Shown in pieces: positions 27,572-36,863 of a stretch of DNA of 64,000 bases (positions are counted from its first letter, which is position 1; the number at the start of each line of letters is the position of its first letter). The position numbers and the translations under genes are program-made. Source of the stretch: Alphaproteobacteria bacterium (GTDB lineage: Bacteria; Pseudomonadota; Alphaproteobacteria; UBA828); contig CBDCCI010000002.1 of NCBI GenBank assembly GCA_965214705.1, forward strand, positions 1,440,001-1,504,000, read 5' to 3'. The notes below the pieces were generated by a model that saw only the letters and a program-made list of their open reading frames with translations, was not told where the DNA came from and did no database searches.

Positions 27572-28879
27572 CTAGAACGCTTCGATCCGGATCATGCGCG
27601 GCGGCTCCAGCACCGTGTCGAGACGGTCGATGGCGGCGAGCGCGCTGACCACCGCCGCTTCCTGCGCCTCGTGGGTGGTGAGCACTACGGGCACCAGCTC
27701 GCCGGGGTTGCGACCGCGCTGCAGCATGGCCTCCACGGAGACCTGCTCGTCGCGCAGGCAGGCGGCGATGCCGGCAATCACGCCCGGCTTGTCCACCACC
27801 ATCAGGCGAATGTAGTAGGCACCGACGTGGTGGTTCATGGGCTTCGCCGCTGGCCGGGCCGTGCCGGCTGTCGCGGCGGGGAAGGCCGGCATGATCTGGC
27901 CGCGGGCGATATCCGCGAGATCGGCGACCACCGCCGATGCGGTCGGGCCTGCGCCTGCGCCCGGCCCCTCGAACAGCGCGCTGCCAATCCGATCGCCCTC
28001 CGCCACCACGGCGTTGAAGACGCCGTCAACGCGGGCAATGGGTGCCGTCTCGCGGATCATGCAGGGATGCACGCGCCGCGTGATCGCGACCTCGTCGGCG
28101 CGGGCGATTCCCAGGAGCTTGACCCGGTAGCCGAGCTCGATGGCGAAGCCGATGTCGAGCGCGCTGACGTGGCGAATGCCCTCGACGTGCACGGCGCCGA
28201 AGTCGACCGGGCAGCCGAACACGACGCTGGTGAGGATCGCGAGCTTGTGGGCCGCGTCGATGCCGTCGATGTCGGTCGAGGGATCGGCCTCTGCATAGCC
28301 GAGGTCCTGCGCCTCCTGCAGAACGGAGTCGAAATCGCGCGCCTGGCCGGCCTGCACGGACTCGTGCATCGCGGTCATGATGTAGTTGCAGGTGCCGTTC
28401 AGGATGCCGTAGACGCCGCCGATCCGATTGCCGGCGAGGCCCTCGCGTAGCGCCTTGACGATGGGGATGCCGCCGGCGACTGCGGCCTCGTAACCGAGGT
28501 GGCGGCCCGCTTGCCGGGCCGCTTCCGCGAGCGCCGCACCGTGATGGGCGAGCAGGGCCTTGTTCGCGGTCACCAGGTGCTTGCCGTTGGCGAAGGCGGC
28601 CTCGGAGAGCGCCCGCGGGATCCCTTCCGAGCCGCCGATCAGCTCGACCACGACATCGACAGCGGGGTGGGCGGCAAGCTCCCGGGCATCGTCGCGCCAG
28701 TCGAGTCCTTCGAGCCCGACCCCGCGATCTTTACCCCTATCGCGCGCGGAGACCGCGACCGCCTCGATCGATCGGCCCGTGCGTTGTTCGAGCAGCGCAG
28801 CGTTGTCGCGCAGCAGCGCGAGCACGCCGCAACCGACCGTGCCCAGCCCGGCAATGCCGATACGTAGCGGTTCAGGCAT
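27572..28879 (-). CDS. hom: Homoserine dehydrogenase with ACT domain
   Basis: GLGTVG, VTANKA, EAAVAGGIP, GILNGT, GYAEADP and a C-terminal ACT domain. Confidence 0.95.
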   Translation of the reverse strand: MPEPLRIGIAGLGTVGCGVLALLRDNAALLEQRTGRSIEAVAVSARDRGKDRGVGLEGLDWRDDARELAAHPAVDVVVELIGGSEGIPRALSEAAFANGKHLVTANKALLAHHGAALAEAARQAGRHLGYEAAVAGGIPIVKALREGLAGNRIGGVYGILNGTCNYIMTAMHESVQAGQARDFDSVLQEAQDLGYAEADPSTDIDGIDAAHKLAILTSVVFGCPVDFGAVHVEGIRHVSALDIGFAIELGYRVKLLGIARADEVAITRRVHPCMIRETAPIARVDGVFNAVVAEGDRIGSALFEGPGAGAGPTASAVVADLADIARGQIMPAFPAATAGTARPAAKPMNHHVGAYYIRLMVVDKPGVIAGIAACLRDEQVSVEAMLQRGRNPGELVPVVLTTHEAQEAAVVSALAAIDRLDTVLEPPRMIRIEAF

Positions 28880-29100
28880 GAAGATTTGCTTCTTTCAGGT
28901 TGGTCTGTGGCGTCGGGTCAACGCGGCCGGCCGATCCTCGACCGCCCGGCACGCAGTGGGGGCGATGGGTCACGACAGGGGAGGGGTCTCGGCGAGCCGG
29001 TCGCGATGCGGGTGGTGCCGCAAGCCGACGGCTGCCAGCGCGCCGTTGGTACGGTCGAGCAAGACGCCCGGCAGGATCATCCGCCGTTTGCCGCTGCGGG

Positions 29101-29520
29101 CTACTCGGTTTCCTCTGCCGGCTGATACACGGCGCGAACCTGCGTCATCGGCTCTTCCGACTCCACCCGCGCACGGAGTTCGTCGGCCGTGTGTTGTGCC
29201 TTCTCGCGGTCCGCTACCAGGCCGGCGGCCAGCTCGACGCGCTCTTCAGCACTCGAAACGGCGGGCGCCTCGCTCGGCACTTCGCTCACGGAGCGATAGG
29301 AGTCGTCGCCATCGGACACCGCATCGCCGGCGAAGATTTCATCGTCATCCTCGACATAGCTGAAAAGGTCGCCGATGTAATCGGTCGTGTCCTCGACTGC
29401 CGTGCATCCGGTCACGATGAGACCGAGAGCAAGCGGTGCGATCGCGAGGAGCGCAAGTGGCCGCATCCGCTGCCGCCTGAGAGTGGGTGTGGTCGTCTGC
29501 TGGCTCGGGGAATCGTGCAT
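29101..29520 (-). CDS. Small acidic putative lipoprotein
   Basis: AGGAG RBS before ATG 29520, hydrophobic stretch and lipobox-like VTGC. Confidence 0.6.
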   Translation of the reverse strand: MHDSPSQQTTTPTLRRQRMRPLALLAIAPLALGLIVTGCTAVEDTTDYIGDLFSYVEDDDEIFAGDAVSDGDDSYRSVSEVPSEAPAVSSAEERVELAAGLVADREKAQHTADELRARVESEEPMTQVRAVYQPAEETE

Positions 29521-29677
29521 GGGGAATTCTCCTGGTTGGCTGGCGATGCCCTGCAACCGCCAGCGTTGAGAACCGTCCGACTCGTGGGTAGCATATACGC
29601 AATTCAGATCATTCGCATTGGCGGGCGGCGGCCGACAGGCGCGCCTGCCAACCCACCCCACACGGACACGGCTCACG

Positions 29678-31471
29678 ATGCCTGACGACCCGCCCGCCGC
29701 AGACGCGACGGAAAACAACATGGCCGACCAACTCGCTGCCATTGCGCAGCAAAGCCAGCGGATCGCGGCGCGATTCCTGAGCGGGCAGGGCGCGACGGGT
29801 GCCGGGACGGCCTCGGACCCGCTCAACCTCAGCGCCGCCCTGGGGGCGATGGCGCGGAGCCTGGCCGAGGACCCGTCGCCGCTGATCGACGCCCAGATGA
29901 AGTGGTGGGACGGCTATCTCAGGCTGTGGCAGCAAGGCGCTCAGCGCCTGCAAGGCGAGGAGCCGGTCCAGCCGGTGGCCGCGCCCGAGCCCGATGACCG
30001 GCGCTTTCGCGATCCTGCCTGGACCGAGAGCTGGGTCTTCGATCACCTGAAGCAATCGTACCTGCTGACCGCCGCCTGCATGCAGGCGGCGGTGGGGAAC
30101 CTGCGCGGCCTCGACGAGAAGGACGCTGCCAAGCTCGCCTTCTACACGCGCCAGTTCGTCGATGCGCTGGCGCCCACCAATTTTCTCGCCACCAACCCCG
30201 CAGCGCTCAAGGAGACCGCCGAGACCAGGGGCGAAAACTTGTTAAGGGGCCTGCGCAACGTGCTCGACGACCTGGAGCGCAACGAGGGTCGGTTCGCGCC
30301 GCGCATGTCGGACGAGGACCACTTCGTCCTGGGCGAGACCATCGCCACGACGCCCGGAAAGGTCGTCTTCCAGAACGAGCTGATGCAGCTGATCCAGTAT
30401 GCGCCGAGCACCGAGACGGTGTATCGCCGGCCGCTCCTCGTCGTGCCGCCCTGGATCAACAAGTATTACGTGCTCGACCTGCGGCCGAAGAACTCGTTCG
30501 TCAGGTGGGCGGTATCGAAGGGCTATTCGGTCTTCATGATCTCGTGGGTCAATCCCGACGAGGGCCTCGCCGAGAAGACCTTCGAGGACTACATGCTGGA
30601 GGGCCCGCTGGCCGCGCTTGATGCGATCGAGCAGGCGACGGGCGAGCGCGATGTCGCGGCGATCGGCTACTGCCTGGGCGGCACGCTCGCGGCAGCGACG
30701 CTGGCATATCTCGCGGCGCGGGGCGACAAGCGGATCAGGAGCGCGACCTTCTTCGCCTCCCTCGTCGATTTTGCCGAGCCCGGCGAGCTCGGCGTCTTCA
30801 TCGACGATGCCCAGCTCGAGTCGCTCGAGGCCATGATGGCGGAGAAGGGTTATCTCGACGGCCGGCACATGGCGACGACCTTCAACATGCTGCGCGCCAA
30901 CGACCTGATCTGGTCCTTCGTGGTCAACAACTACCTACTCGGCCGCGAGCCGCTGCCCTTCGACCTGCTCTTCTGGAACGCGGATTCGACCCGGATGCCG
31001 GCGGCGATGCACGGCTTCTACCTGCGCAAGATGTATCAGGAGAACCTGTTGGCCCAGCCGGAGGGACTGAGCCTCGCCGGCGTCACCATCGACCTCAGCC
31101 GCATCGACATCCCGACCTATATCGTGGCGACGCGGGAGGACCACATCGCGCCGTGGCAGTCCTGCTTCGCCGCGTGCGGGCTCTATCGGGGGCAGCGCCG
31201 CTTCGTGCTCGGCGCCTCCGGCCATATCGCCGGCATCATCAACCCGCCGGAGGCTGGCAAGTACGGCTATTGGACAGGCCCGGTCGTGGAGGCGCAGGAC
31301 GCCGATGCATGGCTCGCCGCAGCCGGCCACCACGAGGGCTCTTGGTGGAACGACTGGCACGCCTGGCAGCGCCGCCGCTCAGGCGGCAAGAAGGTGCTGG
31401 CGCGCGTCCCCGGCGAGGGCTCGCTCAGGCCGATAGAGGACGCGCCGGGCGCCTACGTCTTGGAGAAGTAG
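29678..31471 (+). CDS. phaC: Class I polyhydroxyalkanoate synthase
   Basis: PPWINKYY, lipase box GYCLGG, EDHIAPW, SGHIAG, GSWW. Confidence 0.95.
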   Translation: MPDDPPAADATENNMADQLAAIAQQSQRIAARFLSGQGATGAGTASDPLNLSAALGAMARSLAEDPSPLIDAQMKWWDGYLRLWQQGAQRLQGEEPVQPVAAPEPDDRRFRDPAWTESWVFDHLKQSYLLTAACMQAAVGNLRGLDEKDAAKLAFYTRQFVDALAPTNFLATNPAALKETAETRGENLLRGLRNVLDDLERNEGRFAPRMSDEDHFVLGETIATTPGKVVFQNELMQLIQYAPSTETVYRRPLLVVPPWINKYYVLDLRPKNSFVRWAVSKGYSVFMISWVNPDEGLAEKTFEDYMLEGPLAALDAIEQATGERDVAAIGYCLGGTLAAATLAYLAARGDKRIRSATFFASLVDFAEPGELGVFIDDAQLESLEAMMAEKGYLDGRHMATTFNMLRANDLIWSFVVNNYLLGREPLPFDLLFWNADSTRMPAAMHGFYLRKMYQENLLAQPEGLSLAGVTIDLSRIDIPTYIVATREDHIAPWQSCFAACGLYRGQRRFVLGASGHIAGIINPPEAGKYGYWTGPVVEAQDADAWLAAAGHHEGSWWNDWHAWQRRRSGGKKVLARVPGEGSLRPIEDAPGAYVLEK

Positions 31472-32018
31472 CTGCCGACGCGCGCTGCGGCGGGCCCGAG
31501 GATGCCCGGTATTCGCCGGCACGGTTCGCGTAGCGCCGGGCGATGGTGGTGATGGTCTCACGCTCCGCGTTGCTCACCATGCGCACCGCCTTCGCGGGCC
31601 GGCCCATCCACATCTCGCCGCTCTTGACCCGCTTGCCTGGCGTCACCAGCGCGCCGGCGGCAACCCACGCGCCGCTCTCCACCACCGCGAAGTCCATCAC
31701 GGTGGCGCCCATGCCGATCATGCAGGCGTCTTCCAGGATGCAGGCGTGCAGCAGGCACATGTGGCCCACGACCACGTCGTCGCCGATGAGCGTGGGGCCG
31801 TCCGCCGTGGCCGTATGGATGATCGTTCCGTCCTGGACGTTGCTGCGTGCGCCCATGCGGATGTAGTTCACGTCGCCGCGCAGGACACAGTTGAACCAGA
31901 TGCTCGACTGCTCCCCGAGGATGACGTCGCCGATCACGTTGGTGCCGGCGGCGACGAAGGCGCTCGGCGCCACCTGAGGCCAGCGGTGGCGATAGGGGAG
32001 CAGCAGGCCGGCGGACAT
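31425..32018 (-). CDS. Gamma carbonic anhydrase family protein
   Basis: Hexapeptide repeats, LRGDVN, SNVQDG..IH, GH..LH. The 3' tail overlaps phaC. Confidence 0.9.
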   Translation of the reverse strand: MSAGLLLPYRHRWPQVAPSAFVAAGTNVIGDVILGEQSSIWFNCVLRGDVNYIRMGARSNVQDGTIIHTATADGPTLIGDDVVVGHMCLLHACILEDACMIGMGATVMDFAVVESGAWVAAGALVTPGKRVKSGEMWMGRPAKAVRMVSNAERETITTIARRYANRAGEYRASSGPPQRASAATSPRRRRPARPLSA

Positions 32019-32032
32019 AGGCTCCCGTCTCG

Positions 32033-33091
32033 CTAAGGAAAGAGCGGCGCCTGCTCGAGCCCGGTCGTCTCCGGCAGGGCGTGCATCAGGTTCATGTTCT
32101 GAATCGCCTGGCCCGAGGCGCCCTTGACCAGATTGTCGATGGCCGAGATCAGGATGGCGCGCCCCTCGATCCGGTCGTCGAAGACCCCGATGAGGCAGTG
32201 GTTGGAGCCCCGCACGTGGCGGGTCGCCGGCGCGGCACCCGCAGGCAGCACGCGCACGAACGGCTCGCTCGCGTAGCGCTTGGCAAGCGCATCGCGCAGG
32301 GCATCGGCGCCCGCGCGGCTGCGCACGTAGATCGTCGCCAGAATGCCGCGGTTCATCGGCATGAGGTGGGGCGTGAAGTTGACCCGTACCGGCGCGCCTG
32401 CCGCCGCGGACAATCCCTGCTCGATCTCGGGCGCATGGCGGTGGGCAGCGATGCCGTAAGCGTGCACGCCCTCGCCGACCTCGGCGAAGAGACTTCCCTG
32501 CTTGGCCTCGCGGCCCGCACCTGAGACGCCGGACTTGGCGTCGATGATGATGTCGTCGCTCTCGATCAGCCCGTCTCCGAGCAGCGGCGCGAGCGGCAAC
32601 TGCGCGGAGGTCGGGTAGCAGCCAGGGTTAGCCACCAGGCGGGCGCCGCGGACCTCATCGCGTGCGAGCTCGGTCAGCCCGTAGACCGCCTCGGCCTGAA
32701 GCGCGACGGCGCCGTGCGCCCGCCCATACCATGCGGCATAGACCTCGGGGTCGGCGAGCCGGAAGTCGGCCGACAGGTCCACGACCTTCAGGTGCTTGGG
32801 GAGGGCAGCGATGACCTCTTGCGTGGTGCCGTGGGGCAGGCAGCAGAAGACAGCATCCAGCGCATCCCAGGCGGCGTCCTCGATCTTGACAAGGTCGGGA
32901 TAGCCCGCGCCGTCGAGATGGGGAAAGACTGCGCCCAGGCTCTGGCCCGCACGGCGCTCGGCGGTCAGCAGGCCGACCGAGAAGCCGTCGTGATGCGCCA
33001 GCAGGCGCAGCAGCTCGCCGCCGGTATAGCCGCTCGCGCCGAGCACGCCGACGCGCGCCGTGTTGCCCGTGCCTGAAGAGGAGGGGCTCAT
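32033..33091 (-). CDS. argC: N-acetyl-gamma-glutamyl-phosphate reductase
   Basis: GASGYTG, ANPGCYPT, SGVSGAGR, DNLVKGASGQA. Confidence 0.96.
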   Translation of the reverse strand: MSPSSSGTGNTARVGVLGASGYTGGELLRLLAHHDGFSVGLLTAERRAGQSLGAVFPHLDGAGYPDLVKIEDAAWDALDAVFCCLPHGTTQEVIAALPKHLKVVDLSADFRLADPEVYAAWYGRAHGAVALQAEAVYGLTELARDEVRGARLVANPGCYPTSAQLPLAPLLGDGLIESDDIIIDAKSGVSGAGREAKQGSLFAEVGEGVHAYGIAAHRHAPEIEQGLSAAAGAPVRVNFTPHLMPMNRGILATIYVRSRAGADALRDALAKRYASEPFVRVLPAGAAPATRHVRGSNHCLIGVFDDRIEGRAILISAIDNLVKGASGQAIQNMNLMHALPETTGLEQAPLFP

Positions 33092-33148
33092 GGGTAGCCT
33101 ATGTCGATCGCGAAAGCCGGAGGTAAAGGCGCGCCGGCGACGCCCAAC

Positions 33149-33631
33149 TCAGCGTTTGGAGAACTGGAAGCTTCGGCGGGCCTTGCGCTTGCCGTACTTC
33201 TTGCGCTCCACGACGCGGCTGTCACGGGTGAGGAAGCCGCCGGACTTGAGCATCTTGCGCAGCTCCGGCTCGCGCGCTGCAAGCGCCCGGCTGATCCCGT
33301 GACGCAGCGCCCCGGCCTGACTCGAGAGGCCGCCGCCCTTGACCGTGCAGATGACGTCGTACTGAGTGCGGCGCCCGACCAGCTCCGCCGGCTGGTTGAT
33401 AATCATCCTGAGCGCCGGGCGGGCGAAATAGTCCTCCACCGGGCGCTTGTTGACCGTGATCGTGCCGATGCCGGGCCGCAGCCACACGCGCGCCACCGCG
33501 TCCTTGCGCTTGCCAGTCGAATAGGTGCGGCCGAGCCGGTCGATCTGCGGCTCCGGCTCGATGTCGGCGTCGGGCCGGGCGACCTCGCCGAGCTCGGCAA
33601 GGCTGGTCAGAGTCTTCGGCTCGTCAACCAC
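33149..33631 (-). CDS. rpsI: 30S ribosomal protein S9
   Basis: [30 protein letters not shown]...QFSKR. Confidence 0.97.
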   Translation of the reverse strand: MVDEPKTLTSLAELGEVARPDADIEPEPQIDRLGRTYSTGKRKDAVARVWLRPGIGTITVNKRPVEDYFARPALRMIINQPAELVGRRTQYDVICTVKGGGLSSQAGALRHGISRALAAREPELRKMLKSGGFLTRDSRVVERKKYGKRKARRSFQFSKR

Positions 33632-34097
33632 GGAGCGTGCTCCTCGCGTTCTTCGGATTCATCGCGGCGATATCAAGGGGCTCCGGCTGCTGCGCCTCGT
33701 GCGGATGGTCCGGGCCGGGATAGACCTTGAGGTTCGCCATCTGCCGGCGCCCCAAGGGGCCCTTGGGGATCATCCGCTGCACCGCCTTGATCACCACCTC
33801 CTCGGGCTTCTTGCCGCCGAGAATGCGGGCCGCCGTGCGGGTCTTGAGGCCGCCGGGATACCCGGTGTGGTGGTGATAGAGCTTGTCTTCCCGCTTGCGC
33901 CCGGTGAGCCGGACCTTCCCGGCATTGACGATGATGATGTTGTCGCCGCAATCCATGTGCGGGGTGTAGCTCGGCTTGTGCTTGCCGCGCAGACGGGTCG
34001 CGACGATGCTGGCGAGCCGGCCGAGGACGAGGTCCTCGGCGTCCACCAGCATCCACTTCTTCTCGATTGTGGCAGGCGTTGCCGAGAAGGTTTTCAT
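33624..34097 (-). CDS. rplM: 50S ribosomal protein L13
   Basis: [38 protein letters not shown]. Confidence 0.97.
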   Translation of the reverse strand: MKTFSATPATIEKKWMLVDAEDLVLGRLASIVATRLRGKHKPSYTPHMDCGDNIIIVNAGKVRLTGRKREDKLYHHHTGYPGGLKTRTAARILGGKKPEEVVIKAVQRMIPKGPLGRRQMANLKVYPGPDHPHEAQQPEPLDIAAMNPKNARSTLRG

Positions 34098-34262
34098 TTC
34101 GCTCACGACGATGGGATGTGACAAAACGGCGCGCGGCCTCGTTCGGCTCTCGCCGGCCCGCGCGCCGCCGGGAGTATGCCACAGGACTTTGCCCAGTCAA
34201 CGGCAGCGTTGCGAGATGATGCGTGGCACTATCGCATGGATCGAAGACGGAGTTTGGAGACC

Positions 34263-35075
34263 ATGTCCGACGTAGCGGGGAAGGTGGCACTCATCACCGG
34301 TGGCGGCACCGGAATCGGAAAAGGCGTCGCGTTGCTGTTCGCGCGCGAGGGCATGAGGCTCGCCCTCAACGGGCTGGAACACGCGCCGAGTGCCGAGAAC
34401 CAGTACGAAACGAATCACATCGGCGGCTACTCCGCGGCGCTTGCCGTGGCGCAGGAGATCGGCGGCGATGCCATCGCCATCGATGCGGATGTGTCTGACG
34501 CCGCCGCCGTCGACGCCATGTTCGCACAGACGGTGGAGCGCTTCGGCCGGGTCGATGTCGTGGTCAACGCGGCCGGCGTGATCACCGCCCGCCCGATCGC
34601 CGAGATGAGCGAGGCGGAGTGGGACAACATCATGGACGTGAACGCCAAGGGCACGTTCCTGGTGAACAAGGCGGCGGTCATCCAGATGCGCGCGCAGGGG
34701 GACGGCGGGCGGATCGTCAACATCTCGTCGGTCGCGGGCAAGTTCGGCACCGCCACGCTCTCGCACTACTGCGCCTCCAAGTTCGCGGTCATCGGCTTCT
34801 CGAACGCGCTGGCCAAGGAGGTCGCGCGCGAGGGCATCACGGTTAACTGCATCTGCCCCGGCATCGTGGGCACGCAGATGTGGACGCTGCTCAACGTCGC
34901 CTTCGGGGAATCGGGGGAGACGCCGGAGCAGACCTACGCGCGCTTCATCGAGGGCTACATTCCCCAGGGCGTGCCACAGACCGAGGAGGACATGGCCGAG
35001 CTCGCGCTCTATCTCGTGAACGCCCCCCATGTCACAGGGCAGGCCATCAACCTGGACGGTGGCGCTGCGCTGTAG
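34263..35075 (+). CDS. SDR-family oxidoreductase
   Basis: TGGGTGIG, NAAG, catalytic YCASK. GGAG RBS. Confidence 0.92.
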   Translation: MSDVAGKVALITGGGTGIGKGVALLFAREGMRLALNGLEHAPSAENQYETNHIGGYSAALAVAQEIGGDAIAIDADVSDAAAVDAMFAQTVERFGRVDVVVNAAGVITARPIAEMSEAEWDNIMDVNAKGTFLVNKAAVIQMRAQGDGGRIVNISSVAGKFGTATLSHYCASKFAVIGFSNALAKEVAREGITVNCICPGIVGTQMWTLLNVAFGESGETPEQTYARFIEGYIPQGVPQTEEDMAELALYLVNAPHVTGQAINLDGGAAL

Positions 35076-35111
35076 CGTTTCCGTTTCGCACGGAAACGCT
35101 ACCGGATTTTT
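35072..35111 (+). terminator. Rho-independent terminator-like hairpin
   Basis: 13-bp stem GTAGCGTTTCCGT/ACGGAAACGCTAC followed by a short T run, between convergent genes. Confidence 0.65.
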
Positions 35112-35252
35112 CGCTCACGGCAGCCGGCCTTCGGCCGGCGCCTCCGCGTCGCGCGGTCACGCGCGCGGGAGCGCACGATGTGCGCCGCATTAGCGGCGGG
35201 CCGCAGTCGCGGCCTGTAGCGAGTCCGTCAATGACGGACTCGCGAGCCATCA

Positions 35253-36863
35253 TCACACCCCGCGGATCATGTCGGCGGCCTTCTCCGCGATCATGATGAC
35301 CGGCGAGGCGGTGTTGCCCGACGTGATCCGGGGCATGATCGAGGCATCGACGACGCGCAGGCCCTTCAGCCCGTGCACGCGCAGCTCCGAGTCCACGACC
35401 GCGTTGGGATCATCGCCCATCTTGCACGTCCCCACCGGGTGGAAGATCGTGGTCGCGATGTTGCCGACCTCCTTCACAAGGTCCTCGTCGGACTGCACCT
35501 TGGGGCCGGGAAGAAGCTCCTTCGGCGCGTAACGCTTCAACGCCCTGGCCGTCATGATCCGGCGGACCTGGTGGACGGACTTGACCGCGATGCGGCGGTC
35601 GTGGGCGGTCGAGAGGTAGTTCGGCTTGATCTCGGGCTGTGCGGCTAGGTCCGTGGTGGTCACGTGGCAGGTCCCCCGGCTCTCCGGGCGCAGGTTGCAG
35701 ACCGACATCGTGATGGCGGGGTAGGGGTGGAGCGGATCGCCCAGCCGGTCGGTGGAGAGCGGCTGGACGTGATACTCCAGATCGGGCGTGGCGAGCGCGG
35801 GATCGGACTTCGTGAACATGCCGAACTGGCTCGGCGCCATCGACATCGGCCCGCTCCGGCGCAACGCGTATTCGAGGACGATGCCCGCCTTGCCCCAGAA
35901 ACTGTTCGCAAGCGTGTTCAGCGTCTTCGCGCCGCTCACCCCGTAAACCGTGCGGATTTGCAGGTGATCCATCAGGTTCTCACCCACGCCAGGGCTCTCG
36001 TGCGCCACCTCGATACCGAGCCCGGCGAGCCGCGCGGGCTGACCGATGCCGGAAAGTTCCAGGATTTTGGGTGAGTTGATCGAGCCTGCGGCGAGCAGCA
36101 CCTCGGCATCGGCGTGTGCCTCGCGCCGGGCCCCCTTGTGGCGATAGACCAGGCCGCGCACGTCGCGTCCTTCGAGGATCAGCCGCTCGGTCTCGGCCTG
36201 GAGGACGACCCGCAGGTTGGGCCGCTTCATCGCCGGCTTGAGGAACCCGCGGGCCGTGGTCCAGCGCACGCCGTTGCGCTGGTTCACCTCGAAGAAGCCC
36301 GAGCCCTCGTTGTCACCGTCGTTGAAGTCGGCACGGGGCTCGATGCCGAACTCTTTCGCGGCCTCCTGTACGGCTTCAAGGATCTCCCAACTCAGCCGCT
36401 GCGTCGTGACCTTCCAGCCGCCCCCGGTGCCGTGCATCGGGCTCGCGCCGGCGTGGTAGTCCTCGGACTTGAGGAAGTAGGGCAGCACGTCGTCCCAGCC
36501 CCAGCCGAGGTTGTCGAGCTGGCGCCAGTGGTCGTAATCCGCCGCCTGGCCTCGCATGTAGATCATGCCGTTGACCGCGGTGCAGCCGCCCAGCACCTTG
36601 CCGCGGGGGTAGACCAGGCTCCGCCCGTTGAGGCCCGGCTCGGGCGCCGTCTTCATCATCCAGTCGGTGCGGGGGTTGCCGATGCAGTAGAGGTAGCCCA
36701 CGGGGATATGGACCCAGTGGTAGGCGTCGCTGCGGCCGGCTTCCAGAAGCAGCACTCGCGCCCGAGGGTCTTCGGTCAGGCGATTGGCGAGCACGCAACC
36801 GGCCGTGCCGGCGCCCACAATGATGTAGTCGTAGCGGCCGTCGATCGGCTCGGGGGCTGCCAC
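35253..36863 (-). CDS. GMC oxidoreductase (choline dehydrogenase-like)
   Basis: GAGTAGCV, RGKVLGG, GVGENLMDH, FHPVGTCKMG, GNTASPVIMIAEK. Confidence 0.92.
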   Translation of the reverse strand: MAAPEPIDGRYDYIIVGAGTAGCVLANRLTEDPRARVLLLEAGRSDAYHWVHIPVGYLYCIGNPRTDWMMKTAPEPGLNGRSLVYPRGKVLGGCTAVNGMIYMRGQAADYDHWRQLDNLGWGWDDVLPYFLKSEDYHAGASPMHGTGGGWKVTTQRLSWEILEAVQEAAKEFGIEPRADFNDGDNEGSGFFEVNQRNGVRWTTARGFLKPAMKRPNLRVVLQAETERLILEGRDVRGLVYRHKGARREAHADAEVLLAAGSINSPKILELSGIGQPARLAGLGIEVAHESPGVGENLMDHLQIRTVYGVSGAKTLNTLANSFWGKAGIVLEYALRRSGPMSMAPSQFGMFTKSDPALATPDLEYHVQPLSTDRLGDPLHPYPAITMSVCNLRPESRGTCHVTTTDLAAQPEIKPNYLSTAHDRRIAVKSVHQVRRIMTARALKRYAPKELLPGPKVQSDEDLVKEVGNIATTIFHPVGTCKMGDDPNAVVDSELRVHGLKGLRVVDASIMPRITSGNTASPVIMIAEKAADMIRGV

